This document shows, in pieces, positions 38,294-52,545 of a stretch of DNA of 64,000 nucleotides (the first letter of the stretch is position 1; the number at the start of each line of letters is the position of its first letter). The DNA comes from Botryllus schlosseri. Its lineage: Eukaryota. The position numbers and the translations under genes are program-made. The notes under the pieces are model-generated. The model was not told where the DNA came from and ran no database searches. It was given only the letters and a program-made list of their open reading frames with translations. The stretch covers positions 15,254,001-15,318,000 of the forward strand of contig CM119371.1 of the NCBI GenBank assembly GCA_051294905.1, read 5' to 3'.

Positions 38294-41200
38294 AGTACCA
38301 GAAGCGAAAAATTGTTCCTACCCGTGGCAGTACAGGAAGTAGAGAAAAATTACTCGAGTACTTCGAAAAATTGGAAGTACTTCGTTACTGAGCAAAGAGC
38401 TTTTCAAAAATTACTTTTTTCTCAAATCGTACTAGCTGCTTGATAAAATTGTTAGGTTACCTAATTTAAGCCTATACACAAAATGTGGTTCAATTCCAGC
38501 CAGTAACCGCTTTGCTACAGGAGAAGAAAGTTTCAATGTATTATATAAAAATAAATGATGAAATATTAGAAAATATTCTGTTCACCCAATGAAAGTGTTG
38601 GGATGTCTATATAAACGATTCTCACCAAATTTGGTTCAATTCCAACCAGTGGAAGCGGAGTTATTGCCGCCGAAAAATTTGGATTTGAATAATATAGTAT
38701 TTACGGTGACCGATTCTTTGTTTATTTATTATAGTTGTGCTCACCAAAAATACTTTTTTATTCAAATCCAAATTTTTCGAGTGCGCAATGACTCGAGTAC
38801 AAGTAGAGTCAATACACAAATTGTCTCAAATCGAGTCACTACTTTTCAATATTATTTTATTGTTCAAAATGTGGAAGAGAACATAGTCGATCGATAGGAA
38901 ATTCAAAGCGATTTGCACGTTGAAAAGCATAGAACTATCATAAAATCAGTGATGCAGCCCAAAGAAAAATCGACTATCCCAGATTAGATATAGTTCATGA
39001 TTCGAGTTGCTTCACAATAATAACAATAATTATATTTTCATCTGCCCAAGACACACACACACCATGAACAATGCGATATACAATACACACAATGCGATGT
39101 AATGAACAAATAGAAGCAGGACCGTAACTGCCGCACACCAAACCCCCAATTGGGGGGGGGGGTGTTTTTTGAAAATTTATGCAATTTTTCCAAATTTGTT
39201 CGCGCTGGGCATGATTGTCTTCATTATTTGGTACCCTTCCCCCAAGAAAAAATACGCATAATTAGAGAAATGGGCACATGGGCACTTCGGCATCGGCCAT
39301 CACCGCACCACGGATGTAGTAAGACATATAAAGTTATAGGCCATGTATGCATTCCCGATCATATTCACCGATTCAATCACGAGTTGCGATGAGGTGAAAT
39401 AAGCTGACCCGAACTTAACATTAGAACGAATATGGCAGAAACAGGGTGTCTGGCGTTCGGTTCATCACCGTATGGAGAGAGGGGGGGCTTATCAAGTGCT
39501 GTTTCGGTCCTGGATAGGATGCCGAAACGACCAGTTGCGATCTCCTAATCTGGTAACCACCTAAGCCTAGAGCCCGATGTCACAATATTCTTCGATGTTA
39601 ATCTTTCTTTGTCGCTATTTCTTTCTTTCTCCATCCTTTTCACTGGGCTTTTTTGTCGCTGTCAAGAACTGGAACTCGAGGGACAAGAAGCCCAGAATAA
39701 CCTCCGACGACTGGACTTGAACCCGGGCCGCTTGTGCAGATGGCGTCGACGCTCACCACTACTTTATCTTTCCTATGAGTGTCTGGAAATGAGACAATCC
39801 CAGTCTTCGACTCCTTTGCATCACCCGAAGACATGGCTCGGATATAGGCAGATGCGGCTATGAGTACAAAATTATGATACTTGATTTCATCTTTCATCAT
39901 TTGTGCGCCTTGGAGTCGACTTTTATCAAAATACACCAGCCAAGGCTGTGTCAACAAAAAGAGTTCGTGTATCATCTAAAAATAGTACATTGAACGCTCT
40001 CGTATTCGACATTTCGTGCTGGTGACGTCATATTTTGTGTTACGATTGTTGATATACGCTGTTCTTTCGAATTCTCTACTAGTTGCTGACGATTACCCCT
40101 GACGAGTGTCAGCCGAAAATATTCGGGTTCATTTTAATATGAATATGCTATTCGATTTCATCTCAATAAGCCAGGACTGTGATGACACAGAACTGCTCTT
40201 CGTCTTCCGATGCCTTCATGGAATCGTGCACGCAAGGAACATTCCTTCATGGGCATTTCTCAGATGGAATACGTTTTACAAAATTAGTTATGTTACATAT
40301 GCTGAAAAATTGTGATGAAACAAAGTTCAGTGTCACTATTATGTAATCAAGCAACAATTAGAATTCTATCGATACCATTTTAAACTGTAAACAAAAAAGA
40401 CTTTCGATCATAGGCGGTCACTGGTCAAAAATTAAAGAGGTGTCAAAATAACTGCAATATAATTTACAAAGTAGTGACAGAAAGGGTTGATTTTGAGAAG
40501 TAGATTGGAAAGAGTTGTCAGGGACTTTTATGTGACAGTCGAAATTGAAATTTGCATCCAATACACAATATCTATTATTGTAACAAACCTATGGAAATCC
40601 GAAACTAACTTACAATACTATGATACGGTGTCCATCAAACCCAGTTACAATATGTGGTTAGTAACGAAGTACTTCTAAATTTTCAGCATACTAAGGTAGG
40701 TTTTGCGCACCTAAGCTATCTACTCACAATGGTTATCTTTAGATGAGTTCAACTTTTTACTTGATCAATACTAGTCAGCCCTTCCTATCTTTCATAGTAT
40801 TGCAGTCTTGTGATGTATTGAAATGATGAAATTTTTAGCAATTAACTGATTTGAATTATGAACAAAACTACTTACTCCAGAATTCCTGCCTAAGCGTCGG
40901 AGGTTTATCTAGGCTCCTCGACACCTCATCAGTGTAAGCGGTGTCTTATAAAAAAGCCTAGCAGTGGACCGTGCTACAAGTAGTCAGTTACGGAATAAAA
41001 TGCAAATTAGTGTAGATTAAAAGACCATAGTAGTCGACAAACACCATGAATGCCACAAACAAACTTACTATATAGGCCTACATACACTTTGGATTTTGCA
41101 AAGAGTAGGGAAATGTTTGCATCAAATTTATATGTGAAATTGTCATAACACCAGGAAGAAATAGCCACTGTGACACGGTAGCTGCATATATATTCCAAAA

Positions 41201-44200
41201 TTGAACATATTTCTTATTTATATTGCCATTAGTCATGTTACGTTAGTCGCGAAGATGGATCCTGCAATTTTTCAAAGTAGCCTAGTCACCCCTGGTGCAA
41301 GCTGCTATAACCAATTCTAATTTTTGAACTGCTCGCTGCGGTACAGATCTTCATTTTCTACTTTTAATTGATAGATATTTACATAGTTGCTTCTACTACC
41401 GTAGTTACTACCATCATTGACTACTTTATCATAATCATTTTATTAAATTTTTAATCCGAAACAATACACCACAAGATTGCGATATGATGAAAAGATAGGA
41501 GGGTGCCGAAACGACTTGGGGTAGTCTTTTAATCAGGCACACCTTGGCCTACAGCATGTACTTTGAACAACTCTAGTTGTCATGAGGAATTCATGAATGA
41601 ACATTAGTAATTCGAAATCAAAATTGAGAGTCTGATCCAAAACAACCAAAAGAAATTAAAAATGAAAAAGCTGAAAAATAGCATAATTTGAGTCTACTAT
41701 TTCAGACAGACAAAACTACAACAACTCAGATACTGGCACTTCACAATTAGGAGACAATTCTGAATCGGAACGGCAGGCTTCGTTGGAAATACCGAATCAA
41801 TCAACGAAATTCACTAATAAATCCATCGCAATATAATCGGAACGTTTTACACAGTGAAGCATACGATTGTGAAGTTAAATAGAAATAATAATTCGTAAAC
41901 AATAAAACGGTTTTAAAATTTCATATTCACAATGAATACCCGTTACAAAACTTACGCTATGACAAATATGTGCATGTGCAATGTACTCAATTTGAGTGGA
42001 ATATATATGCGTTCTTTAAGTGGTGAACATGAACACATTTTAATTTGAATACCTGCAACTGATTAATGGTACAGAACTTGGACACGGCATTTAAACAGTA
42101 GGCCTACATTCATATTTTAGTGAATTAAAGAACTTTTCACGTGCCTCTTATCAATAACAACTGGCACAAGAAAGGATATAGAACAGAGTTGGATTCAAAA
42201 CCAAATGGCGTATTGTGACGTAATAATGAGAAGGACAAGAAGCATATGTGAAATGTTTTTCCAGTCAATAAAAATAACAATGCCCTGTTGAAAGACTTTT
42301 GAATTTGCAATTGGTTCACTAAATACTATACATTGTGTGGAAGCCATTAAGCCATTAATTCTGCCATCGGCAAACATCTGTTGGATAATCCGATTTGTGC
42401 GAATAATTATCGAGACGACCGATTCCGAATCGTAGGCCGAGGCCGTTCACAATTCCATTTGTGTGCCTTGGAATCAACTTTTATCAAAATACACCAACCA
42501 AAACTCTGTCAACAAAAGGAGTTCGTGTATCACCTAAAAATAGTACATTGAACGCTCTCTCATTCGAAATTTCATGCTGGTGACGTCATATTTTGTGATA
42601 CGATTGTTGATATACAATGTTCTTTCCAATTCTCTACTAGTTGCTGACGATTACCCCTGACGAGTGTCAGCCGAAAATATTCGGGTTCATTTCAATATGA
42701 ATATACTATTTAATTGTGTGGAAAGTAAACAACAACGATCAGTGTGCAATTGTGCCTATGCCTAAAGATAGGTCGCAGTGGTATAACGTGCTAATCAGGC
42801 CGTACACATAATTCAAGCCAGTTGCATCGAGAAAGAATACACAGCCACATACATACACAAAAAAAACTTCCGGTGTCAGATCAAAAGAAGGCAATACACA
42901 CAAAAACCTTTGCGCTCAGTGCTGGGATCAAGCCACTACATCTGAGTCACAAGTCATTGCACATTTTGACTCGAGTCAAGTCACACGATTTTTAAATGTG
43001 ACTTGAGTCAATCACTCGATTTTTGGATGTGATTCGATACAAGCCACAAAGTCTTGACTAATTTCCGGAGTACTAGGCATTATTCATGTCGTTACATTTT
43101 GCATGTACAAATTGAGCCACCATTAATTCCGAATAGAGAAACGAAATATGGAGTTAATTAGACCTTTAACGGGAACTTGTATGGCTCACATATAGGTACT
43201 TAAAACTGATAAACTACGTCGATAACTGTCAGCCATATAGATGGAATATGAAACCTCATAAAAATTGACACAAATTTATATGATGCTATACAGTATACAC
43301 ATTCCACCCATACGCCCAATTATCGTTGAGTAATATAAGTGTATCAACTATACAAGTCAAATTTAAATCACACAAGAGATTCTTTAAGGTGAGCACTGAA
43401 CACTCTTGCATGTAGAGCGACTCAATCGACACCGATTACTTGACTTGAAATTGAATAAAAAATTTGCATTCAGTCAAAAGTCAATCCATATGTTTAAAAC
43501 GCCGAGTCAACTCCATTCAAGTCATTTTTGCTAAGTGACTCGAGTCAAGTCCTCTGAAAAAGTGACTTGATTCTTCCCAACATGGTGAACATCGTTTCTA
43601 TAGACAACCAAACACTTTCATGGGGTGAACAGAAAATTTTCAAATTTTTTGTTATTTATTTTTATACAATAAATAGAAACTTTCGTCTCCTGTAGCAATG
43701 CGTCTACTGGTTGGAATTGAACCCAATTTGGTGCGTAGGCTTAGACTAGGCAACCTAACAATTTTATCAAGTAGCCAGTACGATTTGTGAAAAAAAAATC
43801 ATTTTTGAAGACCCCTACTGTCTCTGCATGCTAATAATATCAAATAACAATAACAATTAGGCTACTGTTATACATGAAATTGATTAATCACAAATTCAAC
43901 TTCAGCAGAGAGGCGCTCTTCGACAACCGTAGCAACGTAATTAGCAACAATCACAGGCTATTCATATTTCATTCATGATACGTAGAATAACCTTTAATTA
44001 ACAGAAAAACTCGAACGTTTTCGAACTATTCCTAATCATGAGTAGCTACTGAAAAACACTAACACAGAAAATTTTTCAAGCGACCAAAAGTTTGAGGGAC
44101 TGGCAACGACTAATAACGAATAGACTACAAGACAGGAAATTAAATGTATTCAAATGAATACACAAAGGGTTACAGGTGGGGAGATTATATGATTGCAGGT

Positions 44201-47134
44201 TAGAGATATAAGGGTTGGAAGCGGGTTAGGGCCCTTCAAATGAATACATGCGATCGATGTAGGCCTACCGCGTTAAAACACTGATGTGACGTCTTAATAC
44301 CGGCAATGCACTCATTACTATCAGGACAAAATGATACGAATATTCAAGTCTGACTGAAGCAAGAACAATATTATCGTATGACCTTATCGACAGAAGATTC
44401 CCGTTCAAACGAATCGAATAAAATCAAAAGTTGTGCTGCTGAGAAGCTGGTGTAATTCAACGCCCTACAGTGCGCAGTTGCAGCATTTCCCGATCAACGT
44501 TCGCAAGGGGATGGATTTTTTCAACAATATTGGTGCTTGTACTGGCATATTCTGCATATTATCCTGTCTCGCCATACTTGATCAGATTTGCATGATGTAA
44601 GTGATGACTTTGAAAATTCACGGCATTTAATTGTACAGTAAATCTTATGCAATGTTCATGCCACGAGGAGAATATTATTCGTAAGTTTCTCGCAGACTAA
44701 CTTCGAGCTAACCCATTGCTATTTATAACTTTGACAAACCATGTTATTTCGCCATTCTCGGAAAAGATTGCGCTATTGAAATGATATCAATATCGCTCAC
44801 GACCATATACTAAAAGAAAAATCTCTTTCTTGAGGCGCCCGTCATTGCGAATTATCATTTCTTCGCAGAGCGCAATATTTACCTTCACGGGCCGCACTTG
44901 TACTTCGGTTTCAGACTTCAGCGATAACACTATTTGTTCCTGGCAATGTTCCCTCTAATTTTTCACGAGTCTGTGCGCTTGCCCGGTCCTTTGTAGAACA
45001 GTGCGCTTCGAGTAAAAAAAAATCATCACTTCAGATTTTTGTGCGCAGCTTAGATTTTCTGTGCGCAGAGACCGTTTCAGCAGTGCGCATTTGCGCACGT
45101 GCGCAGCTTAGAGGGAACATTGTTCAAGTGCAATATTCGACTGATTCAACCGCAATAAAATACAACTACTACAATGTAACACCAAGTAATAATAACAGTG
45201 TTCAGTTTGAGCAAAGCACATCAGTAGTTCTAAACCTTTTCAATGCATGCCATTAATACAGTATTTGTAGATTTTAGGTTTTTCATTAGAGTGCACCAAG
45301 AACTGCCATCTGCGGAATCCTACATGGATTTTCAAGTCCGCCCCCCCCCCAATTTTTTTTCGTCCGTAACTTCTTTTTCTTCGAGTTTAGATCGAAAATG
45401 TTGATTTTTTTCAATTCCTTGGCCTCAAAATTGTATAATTAGACATTTTAATTGATTCTCCACCATCATTACAGCAAAAAATATGGATTTTAAGGATTTT
45501 TGCATGCAGCGCCACCTAGTGACATGAGAATTTTGAATCTCAGTATCTTTTGAACAGATGGAAATTTTTCAATCTAATTTTTTTTAATGTACCCAGAATT
45601 CAAAAAAGAACAACATTTGTAAATATTGGACAATTCTGAGGGTATGCATTACAGCCCCTGTTAAGTTATAATGGAATTAGCCTGTATATATAGAGAACAG
45701 ACACTTCCAAGGTCGATATATCCCTTAATAAAGACTGAACCACTTAGGAACACCTGAGGAGCGCAAAGTGGGGTAAGTGGAGCAGTAATAATCACAAATG
45801 GAAATGGAAGCTATGCAATCAGCTACAGCGCAGGTATCGCGCCAGCTTTAAACCGCAAAACCTGCCATACTGAACAGCGGACGGAGCGAAACAGCAGACC
45901 AAGACAAAATGACTCAAAACTAAACGGAGGAACAAGGTCCATGGAGCTTGTAATACAATATGGTGAACCGAGTGGAACTGCGGGCCAGGGGGACCAAGAT
46001 AGCATTCAATTTATTACTGCGAGTTTCACCTGTTCCACAGTCTACTCGTTCCGGCGTTTAGATATGAGTCATATGTCTTGGTCCGACGTGCAGTATTACA
46101 AATTCCACCATTTAGAGTCAGCTGGTATCAAAGTATGCTCACATATTAGCCAAACACCTTTCAAAAAAAATTATAGGTTTCGTACTCATCTTCCCGCATC
46201 TAATGATGCTTCAAGAAATTTCAGTACCCAAAATTAATAAACGGCCCCAGCTTGATAACGCGGTCATCTAAAAGAAGATACTTGTAGTCTTTCACATGAC
46301 CGCATGGAATAATGGTAGCAATTACAGATAGAATCTCGACTAATGCATTAGCTAAACATGCTTTATTAGAAGAGAGTTAAAATTTATAATTATCCAAATT
46401 CCAGTACCCAAAATAGGCCCCTTGCATGACCTCAGTTTGGCATAGTGTACTTCAGTATGAAGAATACCTAATTCTGCATGATGCAGGACCTTGACGAGCA
46501 GTAGACCACATTTTTGAAGCAAATAAAATTTTGAAATCTGCACCTTTCTCATCTGCACTAATCTGAGATTGATATTCCGAGCGCCAAAATACATATAGTT
46601 TCCTCACAGAGATTGTATAGAAGAAGAATCTGGCATTTCTGAGGGAGGGGAGTGGGTTCTGGTGCCCTGCCGGAGTGGAATTGGTGGCAACGTCACGCAG
46701 GATTTTCTGTTCAATTCCTTAATTATTCTATATAGAAAAGCTCTCATCACGCAGGATTTATTTCAAAAAATGGACAGAGATTCCATATAGGGTGCCCTGA
46801 CATTATTAGCAATTATTTTGGTATTTGGAATCAGTGCACGAAAACATCATATGATTATTAGGCTACCAACGTTCTGACCTGCTCATGATGTATTGCGCTT
46901 TAACAGGTGAAGCTTGTCTCGTCTGTGCCTCAGCTGTCCTTTCGCGCGTTATCATTTAAGTATAAACTTGCAAATTGCAGAATATTTCGAGTCAGTGCAG
47001 TGTGAGGATGTTTGAAATGAGTATCACTATAAGGTCTATAACAAAATAGCAATATTCATTGAACGTTTCTAGAATTTAACTCTACATATCTTGATGACAG
47101 GTGACACATTGTTTCAACAGGCATCCCTCACCGC

Positions 47135-49210
47135 CAGTGTTGCCACTCTAGGTTCCCGGAAAAACACAAGATTATGTCGTGAAAAAACACTAGATTGGCG
47201 AAAAAAACACTAGATTCGTAAATTGCTGGAAAAATGTTCCGTTGCCAAGTAATCATTATGACCAAGGTACAAATCGATAGATAAGAGGTGTTCCACACAT
47301 GAATTTGATACATATGCATGATATACTGCATGATTATTCAACGAAAATTAATGACAGAATTCAAAAGCACAAAAAAATCAAATATTGTCGCTTTCGAATT
47401 GTACGGCATCACAAAAATTCTCTTTCGATTTTACACCATCCATTAAACATTAGTATCCTTTCTGTGGCATCTTGATCACTACTGTACATTAGGGGTGTTC
47501 AAAAATAACTTTTTTTCCCGGATTCCAGCCATTCACTGATTAAATTGTCAGGTTACCCTAAGAAACGCTGCACACCAAATTTAGTTCAATTCCAACAAGT
47601 ATAAGACTCCGAAGATCTAATTAAGAATTTTAATTTATTAGGAGAAACTGAAAAAAAAATTCAATTTTTTTGTCAACCCCATGAAATTGATGAGCTGTCT
47701 TCAATGACGATGCAAAACAAATTTGAGTCAATTTCAACTAGTAGAAACCAAGTTATTTGAGTTTTTCTTTGATGAATATGGGATTAAGAATTATCATCAA
47801 AAAACTCAAATAACTCCGCTTCTACGGCTTGGAATTAAGTCAAATTTGTTTTGTATCGTTTTTGTGAAAGTGTGACAATTTCATGGGACTGGCAGAAAAA
47901 TTTTAAATAAAATTTTTTTGGTATTTTTGAGCAAATTCAAAATTTTCAAACTAAACGAAATCAGCGATCATCTGTTGAAAAGAATCCGAATTTGGTATGC
48001 GTCGTTTTTTTAAGGCAACCTAACGATTAAATGACGTAGCCAGCAAGATTCAGGAAAAAAGTGATTTTTGAACAACCGGGTACAGTATACTTCATTTCCA
48101 CCAATGCAGTGGAATGTGGCAATGCCAAGAGATTCGTCATGAGCTTCCCCAGTAAAGGAAATTTTGATTCACCGAATCCATTGTGCACAGATTTCAATTT
48201 TTGCAAAAATTCTGTTGGAGGGCATTGACTGATAACCCGCAGCTTATTTTGCGATCTTGCCAAAGCAGCCCATTCTTCCGACGAATCATAAACTTCATCA
48301 AATAATATCACAGAGGGAAATTGCACAGCTAGAGGAATGATTGATTTTACTATTCTTTGTATTGATAAGGCTGTTAACGGATTCAAGACACTTAAGTATG
48401 CTGTCCACGGCAAATGAAAATCATGCCCGAATCTGCAGACTGAGTTCAACAAGAAACCGCGAGTGTCAGAGCGAAATCGATCTTCATTTTATCAGAGACT
48501 CTCGCTCATAAGTATGGATTCACAGCGTGCCCTGTTAAGCAATTGCTTGTTACTTAGGCTTACCATATTTTGAAAATGCAAAAAGAGGACACTTTTTCAG
48601 AAATTTGCAAGATACAAAACCGGAGTGGAATTCTCAAAAACCGGTGAATTTTTCCCACTTTGCGGACGGTTGACTAAAAAAAAAAAGGTCAGATCTCAAA
48701 ATACCGTTTTTTACTCTACATTGCCAGATGGATGACTAAAAAAAAAAAAAAGGTCATCTTTTCGCTCAGAGCTAAATTCACCGTTTTTCACTCCGAAATA
48801 TCCAACGGACCGTCACTTCTGTGCTAATTTGCGGCATATCAGACCTAAATTTTCAAAAAAGAGGACAAAATCTCAAAAAAGAGGACAAAAGGGCGTCCTC
48901 CGAGGACACTTTCAAAAAAGTCAAAAAAGAGGACAAATCCTCTTAAAAGAGGACGTATGGTAAGCCTATTCTATTGTTACTACACCACTACATGGAATTA
49001 TCGAAAACAAACACAGTCAGAGACACTAAATCGCCTTATCAGCAATAAATTTAGCGTATAATTTAGTAGTCTAACGTTAGAATATTCATTGTTCGCACAA
49101 TTGCAGAAAAACACTAGATTAGCAATATTTTGCGGAAAAAAACACTAGAACACTAGGATGACCGAAAAAACACTAGATCTAGTGTTAAAACACTAGGAGT
49201 GGCACCACTG
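47135..49210 (-). mobile_element. Internally deleted hAT transposon with transposase remnant and two nested MITEs
   Basis: TIR cagtgttgccactc...gagtggcaccactg, exact TSD ctcaccgc, aaacactaga subterminal repeats. Minus-strand remnant ~48095-48450 reads EEW..L...KFPLLGKLMTNLLALPHSTALVE (hAT C-terminal motif). Nested elements at ~47482-48086 and 48555-48968. Confidence 0.9.
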
Positions 49211-49266
49211 CTCACCGCGCGAACCTTAAACGTTACCCTGGTCTGGCAGAAGGATCCTAATCTAAT

Positions 49267-50242
49267 GGTTGCCAGTAAACTCGCCCCAAAGTAAATTCGG
49301 CCCGTCGAATTCGGCCCTCGGTCACTTCGGCCGTCGGTGAATTCGGCCGTCGGTAAATTCGGCCCTCGGTAAATTCGGCCAGGGCCAGAGTAACAACAAC
49401 AGTTGCAATACCATTATCTAACCTGAACCCTAACCCTAATCCTAACCTAACCTAACCCTAACCCTAATCCTAACCTAACGCTGATCCTAACCCTAAACCT
49501 AACCCCTAACCTCCAAATCACTTCATAATATTATAATTATGTAATAAAATACACATTATTAGTTATTAGTTATTAGTAGGTTTAGGGTTAGGAATAGCGT
49601 TGGGGTCAGGATTAGGGTTAGGTTAGGGTTAGGTTAGAATTAGGGTTAGGGTTAGGTTAGGTTAGGATTAGGGTTAGGTTAGAATTAGGGTTAGGATTAG
49701 TGTTACGGTTCAGGTTAGATAATATTATAATTATGTAATATAATACACATTATTAGTTCGTAATACAATTTCACACAATGTTCTCCGAGGGCCGAATATA
49801 CCGATTGAATTCGGCTGTCGGTAAATTCGGCCCCGTAAACATCGGCATATATATATACATATATATATTTATACGCATACCCTGTTCTCCAAATCACTTG
49901 ATAATAATATAATTATGAAATTAATTCACATTAATAGTTGGTAATACATTTTTATAAAAAATTCTCCGGGGGCAGAATTGACCGAGTAACTAGTGAATTG
50001 ACCGGTGAATTCGGCCGTCGGTAAATTCGGTCCCCGTGAATATCCGCGCTATCTCCCGTGATTACGCGATCTACGCATACCCTGACATCCAAATCACTTG
50101 ATAATAGTATAATTATGTAATTAATTCATGTTAACGGTTGGTAATACATTTTAATACAATATTCTCGGTGGGCCGAATTTACTGATGTAATGGCCGAATT
50201 TGCCTGGGCCGAATTTACTTTGGGGCGAGTTTACTGGCAACC
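49267..50242. mobile_element. MITE with perfect 37-bp TIRs and internal telomere-like repeats
   Basis: ggttgccagtaaactcgccccaaagtaaattcggccc at both ends, flanked by aat; aattcggcc repeats; degenerate (CCCTAA)n 49425-49512 and (TTAGGG)n 49576-49718. Confidence 0.9.
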
Positions 50243-50413
50243 AATCTAATATAAGCAAACAACAATAACAACAGTACCTTAGTTATCTAAATATCTATAC
50301 AAGAACAAGCATGATCGAGGGGAACTCCCAAGTTTGTTCAGTAAATTTCTCCCGCCAACTAGCGACTAATTCAGAAAACTTGGTGATTTCAAGGTTAGCG
50401 GATGGCTTTAAAT

Positions 50414-51978
50414 CAGTGGTTCTCAACCGCCGGTCCGCGGACCAATGCCGGTCCGCCAGGTAAATTACAATTTTATACTTTGATTTCAAGATGCAATGTT
50501 GAAGGCTGGTCCATTGATGAAATAAATAAAACATCAAATTCTAAACTGATTCATAACTTTGTGAGGTAACATTAGGGCTTGAAACATGTTCGATTTGACT
50601 TAAAGTTAAAGACGTTTCATTTTACGACATGCAAGCGACAAATACAGAACAGATACGAGCTCCCTCATCGCCAAATAGCGCAATTTGATCATTGGTTTTC
50701 GATTCATTCATTTTGTGCAGGACCGTAACTGGGACACCCCAAACCGCTTAATTGGAGAGGGGCCGAGCTTGAAAGGGGCCCAAAATCATTTCGCCAATGA
50801 ACACAAATCAGCCTATTTATTTAAAACTTTTTTTCCAGCATTTTTCAATTTCTTTTCGCGCTTTGCACGAATTAGTGTGGCTAAATGTCTTGCTTATTAG
50901 GTGCCCTTCTCCGATAAATACGCATGATTTATAGGGATTTCGGCGTCAGCCAATACCGCGCGCCACGAGTCCACGACGCACCAACACATAATGAAGTTTT
51001 GGTTAACATGGGACTCCGAAAGGTGGAACACAAATTCGGCCGCGAGAAAACCGCTTCGGTTGTGAATGATCGAAAATTTGCGCCATTGGCGCGATCATTT
51101 TCGTAAACTCTCTGCTTACGCTGAGTAGAATAGTTGTGATCACAAGTACAGGTGAAATATCCACCCAACTGTAGGGTCTGGGGACGAATCCCCCGGAAGT
51201 TTGGCTTATCGCCCTGTGGGGGTCCCAAGACCAACGTTTTTGTGGGTGGGCTGAAGAAGTGCTTTTTCGTTCCGGATTTTTGGATGGCCGGTATAGCTGC
51301 TGTAATGTGTTTTCTTGCGGCACGCATTTTATTCGTAGTTGGCAGAGTAGCCTTCGTCTGGTGGCAGTGGGCATGAGCAAGGTAGCACGACAAGATGCTT
51401 GGTTCGACTCCGAAATGCTTCTACTCTCGATATTATCAAAGAGAAAAATATTATTGGAGTTGGCGTGGTCACTTAATCCCACGGCCTTCGGCGCGAGAGA
51501 CTGTAAACGACTCTCGGCGGTAGCACGTTTATCTGGCAAGGCAATTTAACCTCGACTCGGCAGACTCATTACCAATGTTCCCTCTAATTTTTGACGGGTC
51601 TGCGCGCATACTCACCAACTCACTGCGCAGACCCTTGGACAACAGTGCGTAACGACTAAAAAAAGGTCATCATATCGGATTTTTTGTGCGCAACTTACAT
51701 TTTATGTGCGCAGAGACCGTGCCAGCACTGCGCATTTGCGCACTTGCGCAGCTTAGAGGGAACATTGCTCATTACCATAAAATCACATGGATGCCATCAT
51801 GAATATAATTACCAACGATTAAAACCCTCTAAATGTCACTCTCTAGCACCATATAATTGCAAAAAACGGTTGTATACTTTACATTTTGGCCTCATTTCAA
51901 TTTTGAAAATTCACTGGTCCGCCAGACATTTTTTGAAATTTTACCAGTCCGCGAGGCGAAAAAGGCTGAGAACCACTG
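50414..51978. mobile_element. Charlie-like hAT MITE with nested insertions
   Basis: cagtggttctcaacc...ggctgagaaccactg, exact TSD ctttaaat. Confidence 0.88.
51573..51767. mobile_element. Small hAT MITE (CAATGTTCCCTCTAA termini)
   Basis: 15-bp TIR, exact TSD ctcattac; other copies at 37328-37561, 44944-45122 and 63870-64000. Confidence 0.92.
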
Positions 51979-52139
51979 CTTTAAATCTTAAAATATTATG
52001 GCCCGAAAATATGCAATGACATTCTTGCCTTGGATCACATGTATTTTTCGTTTTTTCAGTCAACCTTATTTCCATTGTGGCAACGCTCCCATAAATTTAG
52101 ACGACTACTTCACCTCGTAATCAAAAGCCTCCCTGACCT

Positions 52140-52545
52140 CACATCACTGACAACAACCATATGATCAGGAAAACACAATATTCTATAAACTATGCCGGAC
52201 CTGCAGTGAGGAACAGCATCTCGCCGGTTATCCGACAATCGTCGAGCCTACCCGCATTCATATTTCATAGAAGCAAATTTTACTGAATAGTCACCCCTCA
52301 AGATTACCGGACCACTACCTGACATAGCGATCTCGTTTACAGAAACATTCATCACTCATTTTGTCGCTTCTATGTTATCCTTCCTTTTATCCAGTGTGCA
52401 TGCCTCTTATTTACTTTTACATGCTGTAGGCCGAGGTGGTATCTGATTAAAATAGTAGCCTACTCCAACCCGTTTAGGCACCATTCTATCTTTTCATTAT
52501 ACGACAATCTTGTGGTGTATTAATTCGATAAAAATTTTAATAAAA
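52140..52545 (+). mobile_element. Decayed LINE 3' end
   Basis: RKTQYSINYAGPAVRNSISPVIRQSSSLPAF motif followed by a tail ending ttgtggtgtatt...aataaa; similar tails on the minus strand at ~33-100, ~41438-41530 and ~59610-59680. Confidence 0.65.

Noticed and set aside
39560..39860. Exon-like GC-richer segment on the minus strand
   Set aside because: An acceptor-like site exists, but all three frames stop before a convincing donor; no recognisable protein.
49290..49385. CRISPR-like short repeats (aattcggcc; also the gagtcaagtc clusters)
   Set aside because: No unique constant-length spacers, no cas genes, eukaryotic context; they are MITE subterminal repeats.
49425..49718. True telomere or telomere fusion site
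   Set aside because: Short, degenerate and enclosed by transposon TIRs.
50929..51549. Overlapping 96-178-aa ORFs
   Set aside because: Inside nested MITE sequence, open on both strands, no motif.
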